Source: Candidatus Harpocratesius repetitus
Lineage (GTDB): Archaea > Asgardarchaeota > Lokiarchaeia > Sigyniarchaeales > Promethearchaeaceae
Assembly (NCBI GenBank): GCA_021498095.1
Contig: JAIZWK010000001.1
Coordinates: 2,250,001 to 2,282,000 of the forward strand
Direction: 5' to 3'
DNA: 32,000 bases
Shown here: one piece after another, positions 9,710 to 18,466 of the stretch
Layout of the letters: every line of letters begins with the position of its first letter
How positions within the stretch are numbered: position 1 is the first letter of the stretch
Notes under the pieces: model-generated
What the model was told of the DNA's origin: nothing
Seen by the model: only the letters and a program-made list of their open reading frames with translations
The model's database searches: none
Made by a program: the position numbers and the translations under genes

Positions 9710-10828
9710 ATGGAAAACCTTTATGCAATAGTTATGGATATCGGGCAATTTTCGACAAAAATTGGATTTGGAGGTGAAAATCAACCTCGAAATATTTTTT
9801 ATACCATTACCGGGACTCCAAAATACAAAGCAATTGGAATTGAAGACACCAAGCAGTTATATATCGGGAATGAAATAATAGATTCTTTAGGATTGTATAA
9901 AGTACAGCATCCTATTGACAACGGCGGCGAAATAACCGATTGGGTGCATTTTGAAGCATTAATTGATTATGCATTTTATTTACTTCGAGTCGATCCTTCT
10001 GTTTGCAAAGTTCTATTCACTACGAATCCATTTTTATCTCGTGAATCAAAATTAAAACTATTTGAATTATTTATTGAGAGATATCAAGCTTGTTATTATC
10101 CTGTACGTGGCTCGTTATTAACAATGTATTCAGGTGGGTTTGATACGGGATTGGTTGTAGATATGGGTGCTGCCAATATTCGCATTACTCCAATTTACAA
10201 AGGATTCATTTTAGAACATGCAATTAAATTTCTTCCTTTAGGAGGAAATGTTTTAGATCAATTTATGCAAAAGAAAATGCAAGAATTAGGTATTTCGACT
10301 GAAAGTGCAGTGCAACGAAATTTAATTCGCGGTTTAAAGGAGCAAGCATGTTTTTGTTCTATTGATTTTGATACCGATCTTACTCAAAAAGATAAATTTG
10401 AACGTGAATATGAGTTGCCTGATTCATCGAAAGTAAAAATTGGAGAAGCACGATTTTTAGTTCCTGAATTACTCTTTAAACCTCAATTGATGAGTTTAGA
10501 TATTGAACCAATTCATAAAGCCATAATTCAAGTAGTTGAAGAGTGTGATGTAGATATTCGTCGAGATCTACTTCGAAATATATTTTTAACTGGTGGAAGT
10601 TCAATGTTTCCCTTTTTGGAAATACGTTTAAGGAGAGAATTAGAAGAAGAATTAAGTAATATGGGAAAAATTGCTCAAGACGTCCACATTATTGCACCGA
10701 AAGGTAGAGCACTTTCAAATTGGGTTGGTGGATCAATCTTGTCTATGATTCCTGATTTTCAAGAAAGATGGATAACCAGGAAAAAGTATTATGAAGAAGG
10801 TATTAGCGAAGAATTACTAAAAGCATAA
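9710..10828 (+). CDS. Divergent actin-family protein (Asgard actin-related homolog)
   Basis: Phosphate-1 'MDIGQFSTKIGFGGENQP', 'HPIDNGGEITDW', phosphate-2 'GLVVDMGAANIRITPIYKG', 'YELPD...IGEARFLVPELLFKP', adenosine motif 'IFLTGGSSMFP', 'WVGGSILS...WITRKKYYEEG'. Start at ATG 9710 or 9695. Confidence 0.95.
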   Translation: MENLYAIVMDIGQFSTKIGFGGENQPRNIFYTITGTPKYKAIGIEDTKQLYIGNEIIDSLGLYKVQHPIDNGGEITDWVHFEALIDYAFYLLRVDPSVCKVLFTTNPFLSRESKLKLFELFIERYQACYYPVRGSLLTMYSGGFDTGLVVDMGAANIRITPIYKGFILEHAIKFLPLGGNVLDQFMQKKMQELGISTESAVQRNLIRGLKEQACFCSIDFDTDLTQKDKFEREYELPDSSKVKIGEARFLVPELLFKPQLMSLDIEPIHKAIIQVVEECDVDIRRDLLRNIFLTGGSSMFPFLEIRLRRELEEELSNMGKIAQDVHIIAPKGRALSNWVGGSILSMIPDFQERWITRKKYYEEGISEELLKA

Positions 10829-10997
10829 CTTTTTTCAATATATCTATTTTTTAAAACAAGTTAAACGAGCATATCTCATACAAATATGTGAAATTTTAGA
10901 TATACTAAATGCTTTCATCTTAAAAAATAGCAATAATTTACAGAAGATATAAAAGATTAGAAAAGAGTTGGAAAACTACATTCTAGATCTTCTAAAA
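10749..10997 (+). repeat. Left copy of a 249-bp direct repeat (last 80 bp of the actin gene + 128-bp spacer + copy of the 3' end of the 79-aa gene)
   Basis: Matches 15222-15470 base for base except G10960 vs A15433. Constant offset of 4473, no indels. Confidence 0.97.
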
Positions 10998-11023
10998 TTT
11001 ATTGTTTTCATTTATCAAGAGAT

Positions 11024-12037
11024 TTACATTATCAATTCATAACCGCTTTTCAATTTAAATCTGGGTCTGAACTTTTTTGCCCACCTTATAAATCGTTCAC
11101 GCAATTCCTTTTCTGGAATTTGCTCCGCAGCAATTAACGCATAGTCCATAAATTTAATCCGCTCAGCGGTCCAGACGGTTTCAAAGCCATATTCTTCAAA
11201 AAATAGCTTCTCCCACTCCTTATAACGCTCGATATTTTCCTGCTTTCGGGGATGGATGAACGAATCAAAAATGAGCATAAAATTTTCGCTGTTATCAAAC
11301 TGGGTGCAGTCCCAGAACTCAATCGGTAGAAAGGAAATATGAGGGATGTGAGGAAGATTTGAAATGTTAATCCACAGCCTTGGGTTATGGGTAAATTCAA
11401 TCGGAATCTCTTTTACTTCCCGCAAACTCCATAACTCCAATTTTTTGAGAGAAAGGCAGAATGCCCAATTGATGGGAATCTGCTTCATGCGGTGCTTTCC
11501 ATCGCTTTTAGGCGGCAGCGTTATTTTTTCACCATCGAACATATTTGCATACCACTCACAAAGAAAATCTTCATGAATAGAAATATTGCGCAAGCGATAG
11601 CAGTGGGCGAAATCTATGTTGTAGTCATCTAAAACTGCACCAATTGTTCTGAATTCCCGTAAATATTGGTATTGATCGCATTTTAGGGGTATTTTTAGAT
11701 TGGGATATTCAAAAATAAGAATATATTCTATTTTAGGCGGCCATTTAACCACCTGCAGCTGATTTTCTCCAGATATTTCAATTTCTCTGCAGTTGATGAA
11801 GGCGGAAAAATCCGCTTCATTATTGGGATAAATACATTCATATACTTCTAATCTGTAAATTTTATCCACATCTTTCAATTTTTTGATATCGAAAACTTCA
11901 CCTGCAATTGTCAATACTTTTTTTTTTTCATCGTGATAATCGTATCTTGTATATGCCAAAGTATTAATTACCTTCTTAACCCTTCTGCTTTCATTAATTT
12001 TCCCTTTTTTCCTGTATACCTTTATTTTCTTATCCAA
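11024..12037 (-). CDS. Hypothetical protein with degenerate leucine-rich-repeat-like segments (337 aa)
   Basis: LRR-like spacing in 'CREIEISGENQL', 'LREFRTIG', 'LRNISIHED', 'LKKLELWSLREVKEIPIEF'. TTG start. Stop lies 26 bp from the left repeat. Confidence 0.65.
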   Translation of the reverse strand: MDKKIKVYRKKGKINESRRVKKVINTLAYTRYDYHDEKKKVLTIAGEVFDIKKLKDVDKIYRLEVYECIYPNNEADFSAFINCREIEISGENQLQVVKWPPKIEYILIFEYPNLKIPLKCDQYQYLREFRTIGAVLDDYNIDFAHCYRLRNISIHEDFLCEWYANMFDGEKITLPPKSDGKHRMKQIPINWAFCLSLKKLELWSLREVKEIPIEFTHNPRLWINISNLPHIPHISFLPIEFWDCTQFDNSENFMLIFDSFIHPRKQENIERYKEWEKLFFEEYGFETVWTAERIKFMDYALIAAEQIPEKELRERFIRWAKKFRPRFKLKSGYELIM

Positions 12038-12094
12038 TGTATATAAAAAAAAACGATATTAAAAAATTAACCCCCTCTTCGGCGAACTTATTTT

Positions 12095-14950
12095 TTATCC
12101 GACAAATCCCTCAATCGCATCCAAATATGCATCAAAACTATTCATGGCACTTTCATCGGCATATTTTTCGTAGTATAAGCGCATCTCGTTTTTGTACTTT
12201 AAAAAGTATGCGAAACACTGCTTCAGCATCAACAACTGCGAATTTGAGTTGAATATGCTAACGGGATTTTCAATCTGTGCGTACCATCGGTCGAGTCGGG
12301 AGTCAAATTGAATGTTGCCGTTCTCATCCAAAGTGGGAACGAAGTATTCGATTGATTCATCTTCATTTATTTTAATTGTTATGGTTTCACCTTTAACGCC
12401 GAATGCCTTGATGATACCTTCGAGTCGTTTCCATGTGGCAATGTATGCATTACTAACACCATTTTTTGATTTCATTAATAATTTGATATCGTTGAAAAAT
12501 TTTTTCTTTTTTAAATTTGAATCTTTCAAATCCTGTTCGGATGAATGCAGTGTATACTGCTCATAAACCCACTTTGCCAGCACGGATACGGAGTCTCGGA
12601 TGCCGGAGCCTTGAAATTGTGCAAGATTGCGGAGGTTGAAAAAGGCTCGACAGTCTTCAAGTTCAATCAGCACCATTTTAGAGGCGTCTCCACCAATTTC
12701 TGGACTTTTCATCATTTTCGTAAATGTATTAATACCATCTTGATTATTAAATATGTTTATCATAGATAAGCCGTTCTGGAAGGCGGTCCAAACCTTGCGC
12801 GCCTTTTCTGTATAATATTCAGTATCGATTGCATCTGCCCCATGCATTCCCACGCCGTAAATACCGGGATACCGCCAATTAACCGCACCGCCTTCCGCTC
12901 CGAGTAAGTTCAGCATATTCTCAAATACCAGAAAATCCATAACGAAGCGCTCAATTCCATTATTTATATCGGGTCTATTGGTTTTATAATATTCTTCATT
13001 CACCGGGTCCCACATATCCATGGAAAACTGCGGAATTATCATGGAATAGGGCGAAGGCGTGGTAGGGACAATGTCTTTAATTTCATCTGAGATCGGGGTG
13101 CCAAGTTGGAAGAATTTGATAGTATGAGCCTCATCATTTTGAATTTGACCGACCATACTTCCGAACACCAGCACTTCTAAGCCTGAACCTATTACTTCAC
13201 TTTTAGCCATTCCAAATTGTATGAAATTAGCAATAAAGGCGTTTTTTTTGGCGCCGATAATAATAATTGGGTCGGGAAGGGCGCTGGGGGGCACGTAGTA
13301 GTGATGATCATCGATTACTTTTTCTTTTAAATATTTCTCAATGTATTCATCATTTTTTTCACCTTTTCTTATATTATTTTCAAGCAGATAATCAATGGTT
13401 GAATGAAGTGCTTCGATGCTGGAGAAAAGTGATGCCAAAGACAGCCAAGCCGCCTGCAGCAGTTCCCATTCATGAATTTGTGTGCCTGATTTTAAATTGT
13501 TGACACTTTTTAATCTTGTATCTTTAATGAATTGTAAATATTCGCTGTATCCAAGTTTTTTCTGCAAAAATTGGGTTAAATAATCAGCGGCACCTCCAAG
13601 GTTAACAGAAATTTTATTATCTGTAAAACCTCCTGCATCTTGGGAAATTTCAATTATTTTATTTAAAATATATTCAATTTGATTGATTACCCCGCTGTTC
13701 CATTCTAACGTTCTATCCTTCTTTTTACGGGCAGTCCGCCAGTATTTACGAGTTTCATCATTATCGAACAATTCTTTAAGCAGAACATCTAAATAACCGA
13801 TTGATTTTCCAGAATCATCGTAAACTATTACACCTTCTAAAGATTCATCAAAGAAATGCTCTTTTAATTCTGTGCCTATGCCGGGAAGGTCTTTATTCAA
13901 AGCGTTAAAATCAATAAATAAGTCTCTAAGCTGCTCTGCAATATCGGGAACATTCTTATAAATATTTTTTAATGTTGTTCTAATTTTTTGTAAGCCTGAT
14001 TTAAAATTCCATCCTCTTACATTTTTTCTATTTTTATAAAATGATCTTACACCAGCTATATTGTCTTCTGCAATTTTTTGAAAAGCAAATGAAAGCAACC
14101 GAATTTCAAACATTCCTTTGCGCCAATTTATATTGGTATATATTGGAGTATTTTCTCCTTCGATGGTTTTTGCACTTTCCACCTTATTATTTACTAAAAT
14201 TCTTACGGTTTGAGATTTTGGATATGAGAAAATTTGATAATACTGCTCTCCAATTTTAATGGGTAGAAACAGCATCTGGATTTTCGGATTTTTAATCAAA
14301 CCGAGTGGTATTTTTGAATCTTTTACCCCATTTACATTTTCAAATCCGAGCTCCTTAAGAATCTGCTCCAAACTCATATCAATATCTATGCCAACTTTAA
14401 TTTCTATGAGAGTATTATCATTCATTCCCGCTTTTTTATATACAAATCCTTTTTCATGTCCGATTAAATTAATATACCTGTAATTAAAGTTGGTGAAAAG
14501 TTGAATGCTATCTTTCCAGTATTTCGCATTCGCATTTAATTTATTGGTTCCGATTATTTTTTTCATCATTGTTTGATAATCGGGAAGTTTTGTGCCAAGA
14601 ATATCTTTGATAATATCATTATCAATGGGGTCAACCACAGAGATTTTTCGGGCATTGGTGAGCCAATTAGTGACGATTATCTGCTCGGTGGTTTTGAGGG
14701 TGGAAAATTCATTGGTTTCTTTATCGAACTGGTAAACGAAACCGTCTTCTTTGGCTTTGAATGTTTCGCCGCTATCGGTTATTTTTTCAATGAATATTTC
14801 TTTTCCTTCGGGGACGTTCCATAGATCATGCAGTTCGGTGTTTTTCAAGAATTCATCGACCGAAAGGTCTTTGAACATGAATAATGCAGCAGTGACGTCT
14901 AATCTTCTCCCCTTAACCATGGAATACGGGTTTGCGAATTTTTTAATCAC
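12095..14950 (-). CDS. Large hypothetical protein (951 aa), no recognised family; possibly a 5'-truncated fragment of a larger gene
   Basis: 2.86-kb open frame. GTG start without a clear SD (ATG at 14920 is an alternative). No signal peptide or transmembrane segment evident. Confidence 0.8.
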   Translation of the reverse strand: MIKKFANPYSMVKGRRLDVTAALFMFKDLSVDEFLKNTELHDLWNVPEGKEIFIEKITDSGETFKAKEDGFVYQFDKETNEFSTLKTTEQIIVTNWLTNARKISVVDPIDNDIIKDILGTKLPDYQTMMKKIIGTNKLNANAKYWKDSIQLFTNFNYRYINLIGHEKGFVYKKAGMNDNTLIEIKVGIDIDMSLEQILKELGFENVNGVKDSKIPLGLIKNPKIQMLFLPIKIGEQYYQIFSYPKSQTVRILVNNKVESAKTIEGENTPIYTNINWRKGMFEIRLLSFAFQKIAEDNIAGVRSFYKNRKNVRGWNFKSGLQKIRTTLKNIYKNVPDIAEQLRDLFIDFNALNKDLPGIGTELKEHFFDESLEGVIVYDDSGKSIGYLDVLLKELFDNDETRKYWRTARKKKDRTLEWNSGVINQIEYILNKIIEISQDAGGFTDNKISVNLGGAADYLTQFLQKKLGYSEYLQFIKDTRLKSVNNLKSGTQIHEWELLQAAWLSLASLFSSIEALHSTIDYLLENNIRKGEKNDEYIEKYLKEKVIDDHHYYVPPSALPDPIIIIGAKKNAFIANFIQFGMAKSEVIGSGLEVLVFGSMVGQIQNDEAHTIKFFQLGTPISDEIKDIVPTTPSPYSMIIPQFSMDMWDPVNEEYYKTNRPDINNGIERFVMDFLVFENMLNLLGAEGGAVNWRYPGIYGVGMHGADAIDTEYYTEKARKVWTAFQNGLSMINIFNNQDGINTFTKMMKSPEIGGDASKMVLIELEDCRAFFNLRNLAQFQGSGIRDSVSVLAKWVYEQYTLHSSEQDLKDSNLKKKKFFNDIKLLMKSKNGVSNAYIATWKRLEGIIKAFGVKGETITIKINEDESIEYFVPTLDENGNIQFDSRLDRWYAQIENPVSIFNSNSQLLMLKQCFAYFLKYKNEMRLYYEKYADESAMNSFDAYLDAIEGFVG

Positions 14951-14995
14951 GATTTCGGGCGATTTACCAGGATGAACTTCCTGCAGCCCAATTTT

Positions 14996-15205
14996 CTATA
15001 TCCGACTGCATGTGAACAGCGGTGCAATTTGTAGAAAAAACTGAAAATCATTAAAAAATATCATTAATTTTTCTCGAGCAAATTCAAAAGACATTTCTAA
15101 AATTAAGGGCTCAATAACTTTTTTCCAATCAATTTTCAACAATTTTTGACAAGATGAAAGAAAAGTTTGGTTAATATTAATGATTTTATCTTTTAAATTT
15201 TCCAT
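14996..15205 (-). CDS. Possible small ORF or gene remnant (MENLKDKIIN...), in frame with the 951-aa ORF
   Basis: ATG at 15205, TAG at 14996-14998. Same frame as 12095..14950 with no other stop between them. The AT-rich part looks host-like. Confidence 0.3.
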   Translation of the reverse strand: MENLKDKIININQTFLSSCQKLLKIDWKKVIEPLILEMSFEFAREKLMIFFNDFQFFLQIAPLFTCSRI

Positions 15206-15221
15206 ATATTGTTTACAGATT

Positions 15222-15470
15222 TTCCTGATTTTCAAGAAAGATGGATAACCAGGAAAAAGTATTATGAAGAAGGTATTAGCGAAGAATTACTAAAAGCATA
15301 ACTTTTTTCAATATATCTATTTTTTAAAACAAGTTAAACGAGCATATCTCATACAAATATGTGAAATTTTAGATATACTAAATGCTTTCATCTTAAAAAA
15401 TAGCAATAATTTACAGAAGATATAAAAGATTAAAAAAGAGTTGGAAAACTACATTCTAGATCTTCTAAAA
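15222..15470 (+). repeat. Right copy of the 249-bp direct repeat (orphan actin tail PDFQERWITRKKYYEEGISEELLKA* + spacer + true 3' end of the 79-aa gene)
   Basis: 248/249 identical to 10749-10997. Confidence 0.97.
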
Positions 15471-15669
15471 CATTAGTAAGGTATTCAATGCAATTCGCAG
15501 AGTTAATTTTTTTAGACAGGTAATGTAATAAATTTCGAGCAATTTTCCTATCTTCTGCAGTATATTTTTCTTTATCACCGAAAATATAGTTGAATTCTTC
15601 ACGAATAAAGTTTATTTCATTAATAATGGTCTGATCGATTTCTGAAGAGAAATTTATACGAATTTGCAT
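15430..15669 (-). CDS. Hypothetical protein (79 aa), convergent with the actin gene at the reconstructed empty site
   Basis: ATG...TAA with plausible helical composition. Its last 41 bp lie in the right repeat. The only difference between repeat copies is synonymous in this frame (TTT/TTC Phe). Confidence 0.7.
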   Translation of the reverse strand: MQIRINFSSEIDQTIINEINFIREEFNYIFGDKEKYTAEDRKIARNLLHYLSKKINSANCIEYLTNVLEDLECSFPTLF

Positions 15670-16017
15670 GATGTGTCACTATGTACTGATTTCTAATCAA
15701 TGGTTAATGTTACACTATTGTTTGGGGGAAGATTTATGATTTCGCTTTGCAAACACTCCAATTTTAGATGAAGAGTCTGCCTTTAATCAATTGAACTTTT
15801 GAAATTATTCCAATTTTTGTCAATTGAAATTGGAAAGTTCATTCATTGATATTAAATTTTACCCTATTATCACCATGCTCATTTCTTCCTAAAAATTTTT
15901 TTACATTTTGTTTCTAAATATGTTCTATACTTCTATTTTAGCAACAAGATCACATTTTCGTAAAAAAGTAAATAGTGAAGCACGAAAATTTTAAAACGCA
16001 GAATCTTTATCTTTGAT

Positions 16018-16911
16018 ATGAATTTTTTAAACAATACAGAGCAAAATAGCATTCATCCGAATGCCACCGAGTATGAAATTCAAAAAGAAAGATATGCTCA
16101 TATCAATAATATTCAAATTTATTATGAATGTGAAAATGCTGAACAACCAGATGATAGATCTGCGATTCTTTTAATTCATGGTTGGACGGCAAATCGATTA
16201 CGACTTCATCCTCTATATATTCAGTTGATTGAAGCAAAATATCCTGTTTTTCGCTTGGATTTGAGAGGACATGGATGGTCACAGAAAGAAGCTACTCATG
16301 ATTTCTCATTTAATATTATGAAAGATGATATTGATAAGTTTATTCAAACTATAATTATTGGAAAATATGGATTCAAAAAGGTCATTGTAATTGCTCACTC
16401 AATGGGTGGCTGTATTGCTCAGCTCTTGGCAATAGAACAACCTACTTATTTAGAAAAGTTGGTTTTAATCGCAACTTCTGCAAATTGGGCAGATAAACCA
16501 TTCTTAAAAATAATTTATTGGCTATTTATTCAATACTATAAAAGTCATTTTTGGAAGAAATACATGAAAAAGAAAGATGGCCATGAACCATTGGGTTTAG
16601 AGCACTTTCCAATGTGGGGAACGAAATATAATACTCACGGACGTACTTTATTTACTTGTTTTCATGCTACAATTCAAGGATTGGAAAATATGCGCATATT
16701 TGATGCTCGAAAACTCTTGCACAACGTTCAAGTTCCCACCTTAATCATAGTAGGAGAAAAAGATATCGATGCACCATTAAGATATTCAAAAAAAATACAC
16801 GATTTGATACCTAACTCTGAATTAGTCGTTATTCCTGAAGCAAATCATGATGTAGTTATAGGAAAGGCGATAACCGCTTATGAACATATTAAAAATTTCA
16901 TCAATTCTTAA
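16018..16911 (+). CDS. Alpha/beta hydrolase
   Basis: LLIHGW oxyanion motif, DLRGHGWS, nucleophile elbow AHSMGG, 'PTLIIVGEKD', catalytic His in 'EANHDV'. Confidence 0.93.
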   Translation: MNFLNNTEQNSIHPNATEYEIQKERYAHINNIQIYYECENAEQPDDRSAILLIHGWTANRLRLHPLYIQLIEAKYPVFRLDLRGHGWSQKEATHDFSFNIMKDDIDKFIQTIIIGKYGFKKVIVIAHSMGGCIAQLLAIEQPTYLEKLVLIATSANWADKPFLKIIYWLFIQYYKSHFWKKYMKKKDGHEPLGLEHFPMWGTKYNTHGRTLFTCFHATIQGLENMRIFDARKLLHNVQVPTLIIVGEKDIDAPLRYSKKIHDLIPNSELVVIPEANHDVVIGKAITAYEHIKNFINS

Positions 16912-16956
16912 AATCTAAAATCAAAAAGATAAAAAAATACCTAAATTAAAAGGTGT

Positions 16957-18375
16957 TTAGCTTTCTTGAGATTTAATCGGCTCTACAAATCGGACCATCT
17001 CTACTTTGTAGAGTTTTTTTTGCAGCTGCAGCGCATCCTTTACTGGAACTTTCTGTCCAGTTAGAATACCACGTAATAAACGTAAACCATATTCCCAAGT
17101 GCCAATAAAATGTACTTTTTCCCATAACCAAATTAATAGTTGGAAAAAGCCAATTGATGTTAGGGTTAAGGCTATTGTCCACCATTTATTCACTGTACAA
17201 CGATGCGCTAGATCTAAATTAAAGATTGCAGCAAAGGCAACCCTTATAAAACCATCCAACCATTGGTAAATAAAAATAGAGAGTGCAATCATTCCCCAAC
17301 GACGAATAGGAAGTGAATATTTTAACCATTTTTCTTCATTTAATTTTGGATTAAATTCCACTAATCGAAAAAGCAGTAGAATAACATATCCTTGGAAAGC
17401 TGTATTAATGAATATAAACCAAGTTGGATGGATGTGAAATGCTGGATCAAAAATAAAAGTCCCATTAACAATTTCTAACGCAATAACAATTCCACCTATT
17501 ATCAATAATACTAAACATCCTAAATATGCATATCTAATATGGCGAATGGTTGGCTTTTCTTGAGCAATAATCTCTCCAATACAAGATCCAAAGAAAGTAA
17601 TGCCTAACATTGGGAAAACAGGTGCTTCCCGGCCTCCCAACCACACTAAAATTGTTCTTCTGAATGGATAAACTACATCATCCATGAAATGATCTCCGGA
17701 TTGAAGTGTCCAATCTACATTAGGATCTGGCCATATTACTAAAGTGTTAACCCAATTTTGGACCAACGGTGAAATTAGAAAAATGGTGCATCCAATTGAA
17801 AAATAAATTGCAATTTTAATTATTGGTTTGTCTAGATAATGAAGTAGGAAAAAGAACAATGCAGAAAATAAAATTCCAAAAGCAATTACATCTAGTGCTT
17901 CGACAAAATAGAAGAAGTCAAGTTTTTCTGAATGCCATGTCCAATCCCGAAACAATTCATCAAACACACCCCAGGTTGTAAAAAAAGTGGTATATATTTT
18001 AGCAATAATTAACACAATAAAAGAGTATATTACTTCGTTGAGAAGAATTTTGCTGTGGGCAACTCCTCGCTTTTCTGCTTCAACCATTCTGTAATAAGTA
18101 ACAACACCACTTATCAGTATAAAAAATCCACGCCAGTGAGTAATAATGATAACTATTCCGGCAATAGGTAACATCCAAGCTTTTAGCAAAGAAATATTTG
18201 CATGACCTATTAAATACCATACCGCAAGCATCATGTGTACTGCAACCATGAAAATAATTGCGATTCCTCGTAAAAAATCTAAAGAAGTCAAACGCTTCAT
18301 AATTACTGTTTCTTGTAAAACTTTAAAATTGTTTAGAACGATTGATTCTAACACTAAAAGGATTGTATTAATCAT
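16957..18375 (-). CDS. Multi-pass membrane protein, acyltransferase-3 / DUF1624 (HGSNAT-like) family
   Basis: N-terminal 'RLTSLDFLRGIAIIFMVAVH', 'FFILISG', 'PVFPMLG', 'GMIALSIFIYQ', and about 10-12 TM segments. True start may be ATG 18300. Confidence 0.75.
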   Translation of the reverse strand: MINTILLVLESIVLNNFKVLQETVIMKRLTSLDFLRGIAIIFMVAVHMMLAVWYLIGHANISLLKAWMLPIAGIVIIITHWRGFFILISGVVTYYRMVEAEKRGVAHSKILLNEVIYSFIVLIIAKIYTTFFTTWGVFDELFRDWTWHSEKLDFFYFVEALDVIAFGILFSALFFFLLHYLDKPIIKIAIYFSIGCTIFLISPLVQNWVNTLVIWPDPNVDWTLQSGDHFMDDVVYPFRRTILVWLGGREAPVFPMLGITFFGSCIGEIIAQEKPTIRHIRYAYLGCLVLLIIGGIVIALEIVNGTFIFDPAFHIHPTWFIFINTAFQGYVILLLFRLVEFNPKLNEEKWLKYSLPIRRWGMIALSIFIYQWLDGFIRVAFAAIFNLDLAHRCTVNKWWTIALTLTSIGFFQLLIWLWEKVHFIGTWEYGLRLLRGILTGQKVPVKDALQLQKKLYKVEMVRFVEPIKSQES

Positions 18376-18466
18376 TTAGTTCTTTAAGATTATAAGAGAG
18401 AAAGTTTGAAATTGAGAAAGCGAGAAAGTCTGAAATTGAGAAAGAGGGAAAAAGGGAATGTAAATA

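Larger units (their letters stand above)
10749..15470. mobile_element. Putative integrated element or cassette: 4224-bp insert (10998-15221) bounded by 249-bp direct repeats at the actin 3' end
   Basis: Long direct repeats, locally higher GC (e.g. 35/60 G+C at 12841-12900 versus 14/60 and 19/60 in two actin lines checked), and two co-oriented tightly packed orphan genes. Removing one repeat plus the insert restores two intact convergent host genes. No integrase, transposase or terminal inverted repeats recognised. Confidence 0.7.

Noticed and set aside
9438-9728. 96-aa antisense ORF, and a 19-codon upstream ORF (9634-9693) before actin
   Set aside because: Low-complexity AT-driven frames with no SD or homology support. 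They cannot be told apart from chance.
9710-10828. Calling the actin 'Lokiactin' or giving it a gene symbol
   Set aside because: The phosphate loops are too divergent from conventional actin. A phylogeny is needed to assign the paralog.
15100-15205. 'LLKIDWKKVIEPL' as an IS5-family transposase N-terminus
   Set aside because: The resemblance covers only a few residues and no catalytic region follows.
10998-15221. Classical IS, transposon or provirus
   Set aside because: No DDE, HUH, tyrosine or serine recombinase motifs and no capsid or packaging genes recognised. The inner ends are not inverted repeats. The short TATTGTTT(T/A)CA match near both inner ends (11000, 15207) could be chance in AT-rich DNA.
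15209-15301. Second expressed actin gene or mini-actin in the right repeat
   Set aside because: Only the last 25 codons are duplicated. An in-frame stop lies at 15194-15196, and there is just a TTG without an SD.
18398-18444. 23-bp near-perfect tandem duplication (GAGAAAGT(T/C)TGAAATTGAGAAAG)
   Set aside because: Only two copies in a purine-rich intergenic tract, consistent with simple slippage.
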